Of a stretch of DNA of 64,000 bases, positions 16,525 to 50,336 are shown one piece after another. The notes below the pieces were generated by a model. That model did no database searches, was not told the DNA's origin, and saw only the letters and a list, made by a program, of their open reading frames with translations. The stretch covers positions 13,888,001 to 13,952,000 of the forward strand of contig CM022666.1 of the NCBI GenBank assembly GCA_012295275.1, given 5' to 3'. Position 1 is the first letter of the stretch; the number at the start of each line of letters is the position of its first letter. This stretch comes from Chrysomallon squamiferum (taxonomy: Eukaryota; Animalia; Mollusca). The position numbers and the translations under genes are program-made.

Positions 16525-16625
16525 TGAGAGAGAGAGAGAGAGAACTAACATCCTGTTTATTACTAACAGTTTACTGTATTCGCCTCACTGTACGTATCAA
16601 GTGGTGTGAAGAGTTATTCTCCAGG

Positions 16626-16837
16626 TAACCAGACTCTGCTGTTAACCAGACTCTGCTGTTAACCAGACCCTGCTGTTAACCAGACCCTGCTGTTAACCAG
16701 ACTCTGCTGTTAACCAGACTCTGCTGTTAACCAGACCCTGCTGTTAACCAGACTCTGCTGTTAACCAGACTCTGCTGTTAACCAGACCCTGCTGTTAACC
16801 AGACTCTGCTGTTAACCAGACTCTGCTGTTAACCAGA
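16626..16837. repeat. 17-bp minisatellite (~12.5 copies)
   Basis: Unit aaccagac(t/c)ctgctgtt. Confidence 0.95.
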
Positions 16838-17954
16838 CACTAAACATAAAAAACAGTGCAGCGCGTCTTCATGTTTCATTTCGTCACTAATTGTGACACT
16901 TGATCTGGCAGTGTAACCCGGCTGTTGTCGTAACCAGACGACATCAACCTGAAAGCCGATAAGGCAGGGTTACGCCATTTGTGAATTAAGGTCAAAGTTC
17001 ACGACATGTCAGCAAGGGCTAAATGTGAGAAGGAATCTGATTGGTTGTAATTTAAAAGAGTTCTGAATTAAATTTGTAATTATCTGATGCAACCTACCAC
17101 AGATGATATTACGAATATATCTGTATGTGTGTGTGTGTGTGCGTGCGTGCGTGGGTGCGTGTTTGTATATCAGTTTGGGCATTTATTCGTTATTTACATA
17201 TATACAAGCGTATATTAACACATACTCAGATGTAAAAATACTTATATGGATCCATACATACATACATACATACATACATACATACATACATACATACATA
17301 CATACATACATACATACATACAAACATACATACACATACATACATACATACATACATACATACATACATACATACATACATACATACAAACATACATACA
17401 TGCATACATACATACATACATACATACATAGTATTATCAAATGCACAAATGCACACATACCAGTGTACAAAGAATTACACGAGATTTCACGGTTGAGTTA
17501 GCACCACATAATAATGGGGGTGCTGAACAAAGATTTACCTGTATTCAGAAAATCAAGGTAACTAGGCCACGAAGATTAAACCCCCGCGGTTCTGCGTTGT
17601 AAGAGATGTCACGTCAAACTGAGACGACTGCTTCGAGTCTCAGTGAGATGGTAAACATATTTATTAGATTTTATCTCTGACTGTGTCAGTTGTCTCGTCT
17701 TCCACAAACAGCTTAAGCAAAAAATATCTGAGTACAGTGTTTGCTGGTTATACTTTTAGAAATGTATAAAATATATATATATATATATTCTGTCTGAAAA
17801 CAAAATTCTGTATTATTCTATGTCTTTTTACTTATATCTCTGTATTCTCTGTATCTGTCTGTCCTCTGTTTGTGTGTCTCTCTCTCTCTGTTTCTCTGTC
17901 TTTTCTCTCTCTGTCTCTCTCTCTCTGCCTCTCTCTCCCCTCTCCCTCTCTCTC

Positions 17955-18041
<87 letters not shown>

Positions 18042-18552
18042 TCCTCCCCCCCTCCCTCTCTCTCTCTCTCTCGTTTTACTTTTGTTACTTTGAACATGGT
18101 ATTTATGTTAGTAGCATTCAGCTTTCCACCCATTTTTCCCTATGACTGTATTTTTTTCTTTTAAATGTTAAATTCTCTACGAAAGGATAATTTTATTACC
18201 TATATTTCACCGACATTAAAACACACTTTAATACTTATAATCTACCTAATAAATTTTCATTCTGCTGTATTTATTAATTTATTTCATCGAAGGATATTAA
18301 GCAGATGTCAAAATGACATTTTAATAGTAAATTTATTGTTCAAGGAATGATGCAGCAAAAGAACGTTGACAGTGAAAGTTTATTTCACGTGCAGGAAAGT
18401 TTTCTTTGGAACGTTTTGTGTCTTGATGTGCTGCGTTATTAAATGAAATACAAGATTTGCTAAGATACCCGGATGTTTTTCCCTCATTAATATTAATTAG
18501 TTATATTTTTAGTTCATTTGGACTGGACTTTAAAGATAATTTGACTAAAAAA

Positions 18553-18591
<39 letters not shown>

Positions 18592-19264
18592 TAATAAATA
18601 AAAAAAAAAAATAAATAAATTAAAAAATAAAATAAAATAAAATAAATAACATAAAAAAATGGATGCAAATAAATAACAAATAAATAAAAATAAATAACAA
18701 CGACAGTAACAAAAAAAAAGGAATAAATAACTACTTGAATAACATCAACATCAATAATAATAACAACAGGAAGAAGACGTAGTAATTGTCGTTGTGTTAA
18801 TAGTAGTAGCAGTAATAGTTATAGTACTAGTGCTAGTAGTATTAACAGTTAGTAGTAGTATTAGTGGTCTTAGTGGTGATAACGGTTATAATTTCAAAAT
18901 TAGCAGTTATAATAATAAATTTAAAAAGAATTTTTATTTTTTGATTTGTTGTGTCAGTTTGACAGTAAAAAAATAATACAAAAAAAAAAAAAAAAAAAAT
19001 TTTTAGAAGAAGACGAGGTAAAGTTACAAAGTCAAACTGAAGAAGATTACTTTTGTTATCGTTGTCTTTGTTTGAAAATTCCCACGTATCACTAGAAAAT
19101 GAACTTGGATGCAAAACTATTTCAACAAACGTGAGTAGGTGGTCAGGTAGTTTTATGTCGCTGCAGGAATTTTTCTCCCTTTTTTCGGGGATGATTCGCT
19201 TTTTATTCCAGCGAAAAGTTAATTTTTTAATGCGTGTGATACTTGTAAGCAACGTGCAGAAGGA

Positions 19265-19279
19265 ATGATGTTAAGATGG
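19265..19279 (+). CDS. Candidate alternative (proximal) first exon end of the cadherin (MMLRW)
   Basis: ATG ATG TTA AGA TGG|gtaagt (donor at 19280) followed by a T tract; phase 0, in frame with the 32024 exon; preceded by ~260 nt of unique CpG-containing sequence. Confidence 0.4.
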
Positions 19280-21721
19280 GTAAGTTTTTTTTTTTTTTTT
19301 TTTTTTCTGGTTTTTATTTTATTTTATTTTATTTTAATTTTTTAAATTTTTAAAATATTATTTAATTTTTGTAATTTTTTTTTTTTTTTTTTTTTTTAAT
19401 GTCCCCGTGAAATCTGCTAAATCATTATACTCCGAAAGAGACATGTTTTTATGTGTCGTTATAACACAGAATCATCCAAATTTATTTTGAGTATCAAATG
19501 AAGGGCATTGAGGACAATTTGGAAAAGGAAAAAACATTAATTGTAATTCATTTTCTCTGTCTTTAGTATTAGATTCTGTTAAGCTGATTATTATTATTAT
19601 TATTATTATTATTATAATAATTGTTATTATTTTTATTGTTATTCCTATTATTATTATTATTTTTATTATTATTATTATTGTTATTATTGTTGTTGTTGCT
19701 GCTGCTGCTGTAGTTGTTTTTATTGTTATTGCTGTTATCATCATTATTATTATCGTTGTTGTTGTTGTCGTCGTTATATCACAATTGTTTAAACAAAAAG
19801 AACTCTTTGTAATAACAGTCTTATCAACATATTTATATAATATGAGTCTTCCATAATAATGCTATACATCTTATTTTTATAACAATTGTGTACTATGTTA
19901 ATATTATATAAAAAAATCGTTTAAATGCTTTAATGATGCCAAATTGATTAAAACTTTTGGCAAGTAAAATGTTTCTGACCTCCAAACGTAATTTGTCTTG
20001 TGGTTGGGGTTAGGGTCATGGAAATTGGGGGATATTTGTTTAAAAACCCTAATGCCAAATTTCTAGGGGCGGGGATCCCTGGCAATTCTAAAGTTTGCTA
20101 ATAAATAAAATGTCTTTTTGGTATACATTCGTCATCGTCGTTATTATTGTTATTGTTATTATTATTATTTGTTGTTGTTGTTGTTGAGATAAAGATATGT
20201 ATGAGTGACCTATATTTTAAATAATTATTATAATTTTTAGTTTATGATGAAGTAACAGAAGATTTGAAATTCAGTCTGTGATGGTTAATGTAAACATTAA
20301 TTGTTTAATATCTGAAACGTGCATATACTTTCCGACTGTATCTGTTTTTCTGTCTGTATGTCTGTTTATCTGTCTCTGAGTCTATGTGTGTATTTCACTG
20401 CCTCCCTCTATGTTTTTGTCTATCTGTTTGTATGTATGCGTGTATGATTGTGCCTTTGTATGTGTGTGTATATGCATAGTTTCATGTCTGTGTATATTTG
20501 TTTGTATGTATGCATCTGTCCATGTTTGTGTCTGTGTGTTTGTCTATAGGTATTTTTTTATGTATATATAATTATGTCTGTTAATGAACATAAAATCATA
20601 AGAATGTGAGAAACACTCTATATCTGCACCAATATCTAAAACTACTGAAACTTAAACCTGGATTTAAATATTTTACAAACATGCACCCAAGTTAAACTAC
20701 GTCGTTTTAAGTTGAGCATACATGACTTTAAAGCGACTGGTTGTGAAAACAAAACTTTCTCACAGAAATTCAGCGAGTCTGTGAGAATTGGCAGTCACTG
20801 TTTGGTTGTTTGGTTCGACATTTTCTTCAGTGGAACGGACATTCTTGGATACCTCGCTATTTCTTTGTAAAGCTAGCTTTTTTGGATGAAGCTGTTTAGC
20901 TGTACACACGGATAAACTCAAGCAAACTGTTCGGAAAGGCAAACGTGGCCATATAAATAAAAAAAAATAAAAAAAAGAAGAGAACGAAAAGAAACCAGTC
21001 TAGATGTTTGTACGGATATATCAAACAAAACGGTTCTAAAAAGCAACTGCGGAGAAAATAAAATAAACTAGACACACGCAGTCATATTTACAAAATAACG
21101 TGACTTTGACTTAATCCACAAACAGAAAAAACAAAACCAAGATATTTCCTGTGCTTTTTAACAATAGCAGCGTAAAACCGAAAAAATATCACAACGTTAA
21201 AACGACGGCTATCACTATTATGGTTTAGGTTACAATTACAACTACTACTTCTTTGTTGTTGGTGGCATTGCTACTACGTCTACTGCAACCGCTACTGTTA
21301 CTACTCCTGTAAACTTTCAGAATACATGTAATAAACATTCTACTGAAAATATCGTTGTCAGAATAAATAAAAGACGTTGATAATCTGACTGATAATAACC
21401 ACTACTGTAACGACTATAACTAGTACTACTAATACTACTAAGACTAGTACTACTTTTACCACTAAAACCTGTACTGCCAACACTGCTATTATACTACTAC
21501 TACTCAGCTACTACTGTACTACTTCTACTACTACTACTTCAACAACTGCTACTCCTACTACTACTACTACTATAATTACTTCTGCTACTAAAATTACCTC
21601 CGCCCGTATTATTACTACCATTATTATAAGTATTCTACTACTACTATTATTATTACTACTACTAATAATAATACGATAACTGTCACTTTTATTACAAAGG
21701 CAGTGACAACTACCATGATAA

Positions 21722-21768
<47 letters not shown>

Positions 21769-22426
21769 ATAGAAATAAATAAATAAATGTAAATAATTAC
21801 ATTACAATAAAATAAAAAGGAAAAACAACACAACAATTTCCCCGTAACATACAAACATTTAGTTATTTCGCCAGTTAAACAGCTGACATAACAGTAAATA
21901 AACTGTTTAAGAGATTCCGATTCGATCTCATTCATTGTTCGTGTCCTTTGCCTCGTTTCGTTTCGTTTCGTTTCTTTGTCATCTGTTTCTCGGTGTTTAC
22001 TGGTGGAACCTCGATTCAGGAATCCTGACTTGAATAACATCGTCGGATTCCTCAATTTGCATCCTGTCTGTTTCACTTATCATACACCCCAGCGTCTTTT
22101 CTCTTCCGTTTGTTTTTGTTTCTGATTATTTCATTTGGGATCGTTTTTCTTGTTATTCTGTTTCTAAATCTGGCGTATAGAGAGAGTACGGTACGGATCA
22201 CTAATAGCCATACAAAGATTTCGTTTAAATTAAAGATTTTAACTGTTTAGAGTGAACTACTGAATTTGTGTCCTGTTTCATTTAACAATAATAATTAGAA
22301 AAAATCGGAGAGGTTTTGTTCAACAAACTGTATGTGATGTATCACAGTTGAATGTTAACCTATAACGAAAGATTAAATCACTATCATTATTAAATACTAC
22401 TGCAAAAGTTACTACTACTACTACTT

Positions 22427-22457
<31 letters not shown>

Positions 22458-22528
22458 AACTTTTACAGCTACTAATAATAATATTTATCTGTATGCGTTT
22501 CTGTTTTTGTCTTAGTCTACGTCTCTCT

Positions 22529-22575
<47 letters not shown>

Positions 22576-22610
22576 AATCTCTATTTATCTGTATGTTTCT
22601 GTTTTTCTTT

Positions 22611-22682
<72 letters not shown>

Positions 22683-23501
22683 GTATTGCCTATATGATTT
22701 CAAACGATATTTTTATGTCGACAAAGGCTACATAAATATTAAGAATCTTTTCATCGCAAGCATTGTAAACTCTGTACATATTGATTTCAAACCCCAGATT
22801 TATAACACCAAGTATTTAGATAGCCTGAATAATAAATCTTTTCCATAAACACAACACTCGTGCCTGGCCCATATTAAAATGAGTTCTTTAAACAAATCGT
22901 TTGTTTTAGATATGTGGACCGATTTGAAATCCGGTCACTCGGTACTGATTTAAAATATGCTTTTTTTTTGCGACAAGATTTTTATTATGTAAAAACCGCG
23001 TTTGATGTTAAATTAGATATTTACAATTTTTAATTTAGTTATTTATTTATATTTTTTTCTATATCTTATCATTATCTATTTATGCAAGCTTATGTATTAG
23101 ATATTTATTCATCTTTTCACATTTATTTATTTACTTACTAACTTACTTACGTAATTCTTTCACACACACATAAACACACACACACATAAATATACACACA
23201 CATACATAAATATATGCACATTATACACACACACACAGACACACAAACTCAAACACACACACATACATGCATTCTTTCTTGAATGCACACACATGCGTGT
23301 GCAGTCTGCATTAATGCGAAATTATTTTATCACTAAGAGTTTTCTAATTTATTATTTAAATTACGTTGTGATAAGAAAACACACGTTATATGATATCTCT
23401 TTCATCTTACGTACCTTTAAAACTTGGATATTAATCAGCAGGTAAAGTAAACAGTTATAGAACGCGTTAACAGAAATTGTTTAACCAGATTCGCTGTCAA
23501 C

Positions 23502-23533
<32 letters not shown>

Positions 23534-23937
23534 TTTATTAAATCTGTGCACGTTTTGTTAGAAAGACAAAAGAAATTTAACACAAAAATATGTAAGTCTT
23601 CTTTTAAAAGCAATTTAAATGCAGATTTTTGTAGTTTTTTGTGTTTTGATTTTTTTATATATTTTTTTAAAGCGTATTGAGTTTGTATATGTGTTTGTTT
23701 GATTCCATATTAGTCGCGGTTGTATTGATTTTAAGTTGACAACTTAGGAAAAGTTGTAGAAATATACATAATACGTATTTACAGATATTCAGACATGAGA
23801 CGAGTACGAGAGACAGACAAATAAATACATAGATAGATAGACAGATAGAGGGAGAGATAGACGGATAGAAAATGGGAGACAGAAGTAGAATGATTGTAGA
23901 CAGATAGAGACAGATGAAGATGAACTGACAGACTAAG

Positions 23938-23970
<33 letters not shown>

Positions 23971-24026
23971 CACACATACATACATACATACATACATACA
24001 TACACACACAGATACAGATAGAGAGA

Positions 24027-24065
<39 letters not shown>

Positions 24066-24706
24066 TACATACATACACACACAGATACAGATAGAGAGAG
24101 ATGGACAGCATTAGAAACAGAGATAGAGACAGCGATAGAGACATAAATACAAGCAGAGAGAGACAGAGCGATACATAGAAAGAAAGAGAGAGAGACAGAG
24201 GAAGAGATAGAGAGAAAATACTCAGGAGAGAAAAGAAAAAGAGACAGAGAGACAGCGAAACAGAAATCAGTGAGTTCTGGGTTCACATTTCTGAAGAGAG
24301 ACTCTGTTCCGCATTCCAGACCGTCCGTCGGTCTGTCTGACGATTCCGTCTGTCCGGTGCAGACACGTATGTTTGTTTTGTAAACAGTGGCAGCGTTTAA
24401 AACACGTCGTCGTCACGTTAAAGAGAAAGCCTCGAGAACAGAAACATGTCTGAGATTTCTAGTCTGTGACAGAAAGAAAAATGGCTGAAGCGTGCACTGA
24501 TCAGCTCGTAGAGAAGTGTAGACGTTGAAGAAATGTCGACAGAAATTACAGAGAATGTCAATTTAATATTATTCTGCGATTGTTTCTTTTTATCCTTCTC
24601 ATTTGTCATTTATTTATATGTGTTCTTCTTATTATTATTTGTGAGTATTCATGACTGTATAACTTTTTGATGTTGTAGTTGTTAGTTGAAATGTACTTAG
24701 GGTGCG

Positions 24707-24772
<66 letters not shown>

Positions 24773-26460
24773 CAATTCAATATAATTTTGAATAATATCC
24801 AATCCCTCAGATGCAATAACGTCACGACTATAAAAATAAAATGAAATGAAATGAAATAAAATAAAATAAAATAAAATAAAATAAAAGGAAAATAAAAAAT
24901 AAGTAAGTAACTGAGTAAATAAACAAATAAAAAACTTGGATATACACAGAATATATTTAAATTATTTCTTCTTATAGTCAAAAAAAAAAAAATAAATAAA
25001 AAAATAAAAAAATTAAAATAGAATAAAATAAATAAAAAAACAAACAAAAAAACAAACAAAAAAACATTAACATGTACAGTACTGATCAAACGAGACTTAA
25101 ATCTTGTAAGAAGTTTTGAAAATACTGTCACCTCACTTTATCTGTTAAATACTGAATCCTTTCTGACCCAAGATATAACACAGGAGTATTACAAACATTT
25201 TTAACTCGATGCAGAGTGAGTTTTCGTTGACGTAAAATCGAGGTGATAAAACAGGCAGCCAAAAACACAAAAATAAAATTTTGAAAAAAGAAGATGGCGA
25301 CCATCGATGGCCAAGTTTAATGCTGTTATTCCGACACCGTGTTAAAATTAGAAATCAAGTTTAAAAAGAAAACAAAAGAAAGCCAGCTAGACCAGGTGCT
25401 GTGTGACAGATAAACATAGAAAACAGTTTAAATATAAATATGTTTTCACAGGTGTACGTATCGAAGAGAAAATAAATGTTTGTCAGTGAATAATAACAAT
25501 AATAATAATAATAATAATAATAGACACACAGACAGACAGACAGACAGACAGTCAGACAGATAGATTAATTCATAGACACACACACATACATCCACACACG
25601 CACATACATACATACATACATACACACACACACACTTACATACATACATACATATATACACACACATACACATACATACGTACAGACATATAATACAAAA
25701 TACAAACAGAAAGAGACAGACAGACAGACAGCACTTAGAAGAGGAAGTTAGCGGATGTGTGTGACTAACAGACACATGATTACAATACTTTCTTTGTTCT
25801 CACAAATCTCATTAATTTTGTCATAATTCGCGACATGCAAATCTATTTATGTATACAGAGTGACCGCACTGAATTTAAATAACATGAATTTATTTATAAA
25901 GCTTTTTTTTTTGTTCAACGAGAATACAATCGTATAAAAAGTAAAACATAAATAGAAAGAGAAAGAGAACGAGAAACAAAGAGAACAGAACATAACAAAA
26001 ATGAAATAAATTAAAATAAAAATAAAATAAAATAAAGAAAAAGGAAATAATTGATTTTACGAATGGAGAACAGAGACAGAAGAAAACAACACTGAAATAA
26101 AGAAAGACAAAAAACAGGAAAGAAAGAGAAAAGAAATGAAAAGAAAAAGAAAGAAAGAAAGAAAGAAATTTCAAAATGGAAATAGAATCTAAAGAAATAG
26201 AAAAAAAATGTGTAGGTCGGATATCATACGGCTCGCTAAAGGATTGACAAATTAAATTCTTTCTTTTCTTTTTTTTTTTTTTTTAAATCTGGATATTAAC
26301 ATAAAAAAAGAACAAAGTGCCAAGACCCCCTGCAAAGACCGCACCTTGAGCTATAGAACTAAATAGATGCATTGTCAAAACAGCGGATCCATTACACTCC
26401 CTCCGATAAACCTCGTCTTTAGATTTCACCTTGTCTGAGACTTAAACAGACACAACAGAC

Positions 26461-26493
<33 letters not shown>

Positions 26494-29400
26494 TGAGAAA
26501 AAGAAGGAAAGAAATCAAATTGAAATAAAAAATATATAAAGACGACGTCGTGACCTTTGACCTTCTAATTCAGTTCATGATTGGTTATTTGTAAAGTCGT
26601 CTGCAGAATTCTAGTATTTTCTATACGGCGGTTTCTGATTGGGGAAATATATTTCACACAGTACCGTGAAGTCTGGTTCAGACAAGTCTTCGCTAAAAGG
26701 ATTTTCATATCCAATTTCTGAAATAAATAAATTTAAGTACATTTGAATATAAGTCCGAATCTCTGCTATCATAACTATAAAGGACAAGAAATGATAGGAC
26801 GTATAAATATCATGTGAAATGTCGAACAAATATTACGAAATAATAAGACGTATTAATACCGTGATATATTATGACGCATAAGCAAATTGACGTATTAATA
26901 TTATGCGATAAGATGACATGTATATACCATCAAATAATATGACATATGAGGAACGTAATATGACGTAATTTAAATACTATGAGTTATTATTATTATTGTT
27001 GTTTTTGTTCCTATTATTATTATTATTATTATTATTACCTATTTATTTATTTATTATTGTTATCATCATCATCATCATCATTAATTTATATTTTTTTCAG
27101 AGAACGAAGTAGTAGAATGTACTGGAATGAACCATAAAACTTCTTTTTTCTTCTTTTCGTGTATCTTCCTTTAAAACCTCTTTCCCGTATTTATGTAAAC
27201 ACATATACAAATGTACATTTTAACTCTTTAGGATAAAACGTTTATGTTTAACTTACAGACACGTGTCTTGTTTGTGTGTTTTTGGCATAGGAGTCCCTTG
27301 TTTTACAAGAATAAAGAACTAACAGATTGCATTCGTACGCACGCACACGCACACACGCATAAGTATGCTTGCATAATTACAGAACACACAAAGATACATA
27401 TATACATAAACACCTATATATACATAGAAACATATATACATACTTTCATACAAACATACAAACATACATACATACATACATACAGCATACATTTTTAATA
27501 ATAATAATAAAGGTACTTATAAATAATGATGATAATCATTATAATGATAATGATATACTATTACTACTACTGCTGCTACTACTACTATTACTACTACTGC
27601 TGTTACAAGTACTACTACTACTACTGCTACTACTACTAATAATGGCAGTGATTATAATATAATAATAATATTCATAATGAATGATGACAATAATGAAGAA
27701 TAAAAAATAATAATAATCATATTAAAGTTATCATTATGACAATGACATCTATAACAATGACCACACTAATATATCCACATAAAGATTTTCTACCTTACAC
27801 TTCATAATAAAACTTGATAATAAAACGTCAAGGCCAGCCAGCATCAAATATAACTTACAAAAATATGTTGCAAAAACAATTCTGTTTACGACGAATTATT
27901 TCAAAAGAGTACGTATATTACTTCCATATGAACTAACTATCCTCTGTGGATTTAGTGGAGTTAATCCGCTTGATTATCCTAAACCGTCTGATAGACTTTA
28001 CATCAGCTGAATCAGACGTTTTCTCATGGTTTTGTAAGCTAAGATTTTCTGAGTCTTTAGACCACCTTTGTTAATACTGTCGAGTGCCTTTCTGTTTGTT
28101 TAATAACGCATAAAGCTGTTTAGTTTACGTTTTTCTTATCATAATGCTTTGAGCTGGGGTTTTTGGATCATATCTCTATATTAAATATATATATAAATGT
28201 CTAAACTATTGCTTGAAGCAGATTAGTTGTTTGTTATTTTGTTTGTTTGTTTGTTTCTGTTTCTTTCTTTGCTCTGTACTGATATAGATAACGTTTGAAC
28301 TGCAGTTATTGATAAAGTGTCCTTTTGATGTTCCGCTAAATATTCATTCGTTCGTACATTTGTTCCTTTGTTCCTTTGTTCATTCGTTCATTCGTTCATT
28401 TATTCATTTCGTTCATTTATTGTTATATAGTATATACTGACTTTTTTTTTTATTGATCAAAGTTTAGATAAAGTCATTCAAACATTAATTTATCACCAAT
28501 ATCTTACGTTTACAAATATTTTTACAACTAACAAACTTTTAATAATGTCTACTTTTTTTTAAAAGCAATGTAAAATGTAACCACCCTTCAGTACAGATTA
28601 CTACTACTACTTTTCTTCTTCTTCTTTTAATAATGTCTGTTTTTTTTTTTTTTATTTGTTTTTAATGTATGCAAGACGTAGTTACTTCCAAACCATCTGG
28701 GTGTCCAGTATCGTCAACAACAATAAGAAATAAATTATGCTAATGAGATTACTAAAGTCAATTGAAAACCACTTTAGTTTTTTTTTTGTGTGTTCGAGTT
28801 GACGTTGGTTTCATTGAACTAGCTGTTTAGATATTATCTTGATACGCTGGACTTTATCATAGACATCAGATAAGTTTTGTGGAAAATATGTTTACCTGTA
28901 ATCAAGCGGAGCGTGATGGTTTTGGTCCGATAATGTCACCTTGCTGTTGAGATAACCACCTGAGCTTGACCCCCCTCTCCCCAGCGCCTTTTAACACTTG
29001 TCTGTCGCTTCGTTGTCAACAGTGACATCCTTTGTGCTGCTGTTGTTGTTGTTGTTGCTATAAGAGTTAAAATGAAATAGGTTGTTTGGAGAATAGTTTT
29101 TGGCTTTCGAAGGCGAAATCGTTCGAGTTTGCGGACAGTTTTAACATTTTCACTAGTTTGGTATAAATAAACGTAATGTTCGTTATTTCATAAATAAATA
29201 AATACTAATTATCTTAAATAACAATTCAGTAATATGGTTATACAACTACAACAACACCAATAATAATAACAACAATAATAATAACAATAATAAAATAATA
29301 ATAATAACGACAATGAAAAAAAAAAAAAAAAAATTAAATATCGCTATGTGGACTTGTATTAAAGCACAAAAATAAATAAAAATAAAACCTCGTATCACCT

Positions 29401-30409
29401 AGCATTTAATATCAAACATGTTTGATCGCTTCGGGAGAAAGATTATCTTCAGAAGTAAACGTTCACTGATGTAAGGGTACTTCTAACAAATACAGCTCTG
29501 TCTGAAGATTTTGTAATTGTGTTTACACAGTAAAACGTTTCATGGAAAATGTTTTGTGCAAAACTATAATCACTATTACATATATACACATACATACACA
29601 AACATACAGACAGGCAGAAAGACAAACAGACAGATTCATAGATACACATGTAAGTAAATAGGTAGATAGAAAGACAGACAGACAGACATATAGATAGATA
29701 AAATGAAACAAACTCTCTCTCTCTCTCTCTCTCTCCTTAAATACGTGCGAATCTACTAAATTTTAATAGATGATAAAATTCTAGTTACTACCAGTAGCAA
29801 TCATTCCTTCACATTTCTTTCTTTCTGTTATTTATTCCTTTCCATCTTTCTGTCCTTGTTTATGTTTTTATTTGATTTTGTGTCATTCAGTCATTCATTC
29901 CTTTCATTTCTCTCTTTCTTTATTCTTTTTCATCCATTTCTGTCCATCCGTCCCTCTTTCCATTCTTTCTTTTTTTTTCTATCTTTCTTTCGTTCCCTTT
30001 CTTATTTTTCATCGTCTTCCTTCCCTCTTTCACTTATTTCTTTTTCTTTCTTTCTTTCTCTCTGTTTTCCTTTATTCCTTTCGTTCTTTCTTTCATCCCT
30101 GTCTATGTGTTTGTTGTTGTACTGACAACGAGTTCGGTGAATTGGACGTAATATGAAGAACGGTATTTACCTGCTTTTTCTCTTCAGTAAAAACATGTTC
30201 TTTGTGACGTCACTCGTCACGAGCAGAACAAAGCATGTTGTCTCAGTTTCGTGTTTATTTTTAATTCTTGTCACTCGTACACTTTCATACCGGGCTTTAA
30301 ACCACTCAGCGAAATATATCTGTTGCTTAAACGTTTCTTTACAAATAACAATAAGAAAGAATAGGGAAAAAAAGTAAAAATAAAAAATAAAAAATAAAAA
30401 TAAAAATAA

Positions 30410-30488
<79 letters not shown>

Positions 30489-30664
30489 TAAATAAATAAA
30501 TAAGAAAATCAAAGAACGAAAAGTGTTCTAAAAAATGTAATTTAATTACAAAATACATAAATTAAAAAAATAAATGGATAGAGCAAAGAAGAAAAAACGA
30601 AAGAAATAAAACATAAAACACACACACACACACACACATACGAACAAAAAAGCAGATAAACATA

Positions 30665-30707
<43 letters not shown>

Positions 30708-31082
30708 AACAGCAAACGAAGAACACGTGTATAATATTACAGAACTAAATTTATGGCGAAACGTCTTGAGGTTTTTTGTAAGCTCACGCAAACAGAAGCG
30801 AGTTATCTGTTATTAAAGTAAACCTTTAGCAGAGCAAATAAACTGCCTGAAAAAAGATATGGTTCAGAATTATTATTTTATTTATTATAACAAAGAATAA
30901 CAATATAGTAATACTGTTATAAAATCATACGAACATAGTTATTTCATCCTTTCGTAAAAGGAGATGTGACGTCATTGCGTACACGACAAGATTTAAAGAA
31001 TTAGTAGGCTTATACACCACAAAAAAATGGCGTCGTTCAAAAGAAGAATAAAAACAATAACAATAGCTAAAATAACAACTGC

Positions 31083-31125
<43 letters not shown>

Positions 31126-31471
31126 GTACACAGAATATATTTAGACAATTCTTTTCGTGTCACAAAAGGTTCACTCTAAATTGTACTTTGCAGTATCAGT
31201 TGTTTTCTCTCATTTCTTTCCTGTGTTTTCACGATTATTAAAAAAAAAAAAAAAAATTATTTTAAGAATTTCCCTGTGTTGACTGTAGTAATAAATAACC
31301 TTGATATATTTTCTCTTATGCAAAAAAAAAAAACAACGACGACAAATATACGCGCTGACTCATTATGGAAACCACGTCTTTCTTGATCACTTCGGACGTC
31401 ATGTCTTACATTTCAGTACAACAGGACTCGGATAAAATTATAGATGTATACATTTTTATTCTTTGAAAAAT

Positions 31472-31513
<42 letters not shown>

Positions 31514-32032
31514 GTATCAGTATTAAATTATTTGCTGTAAAGTTGTCGTAGTCGTTGTGTCTGAATTATACCTTTCAATGCTTGTCATGACGTCATGTGA
31601 CAGAGAGAAAAAAAAGAAGAAAAGGCTATGTATATGGATCGATATGTATTTGTAGTTTTTAAAGTTTACTTTGCACATACAAATAAAAACTTACATAAGT
31701 TTAGATCGCAGAAACAATTAAAAACTTATATAACAGGTTAATGAAAGATTTTTGTTTTTAAGAATGTTAACATCCACAAAAGGCAAAATTCACATAGTCC
31801 TGTTAACAAAATGGCCGATTTTCTTCTTTCGTTTTTTCCTTCATCGTTACAAAGCATCAATTTATATTCTTAATTTTGTTTTTATTTATTCTTTGTTTCT
31901 TCTTTTCCTTCCTTCTTTCTTTATTTGTTTTTTTCTCATTAAAATTATTTAATTGCTGTATTTTAATGAATGTTATAAATAAAATAATGTATAGATATTA
32001 AGACTATACTTTTATCTTTTTAGATAATTAAC

Positions 32033-50336
<18,304 letters not shown>

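Noticed and set aside
16610-16632. Recursive splice site ttctccag|gtaacc in the large intron (also tgttttcacag|gtgtac near 25450)
   Set aside because: Short pyrimidine tracts and weak donors; matches like these are expected by chance in 25 kb.
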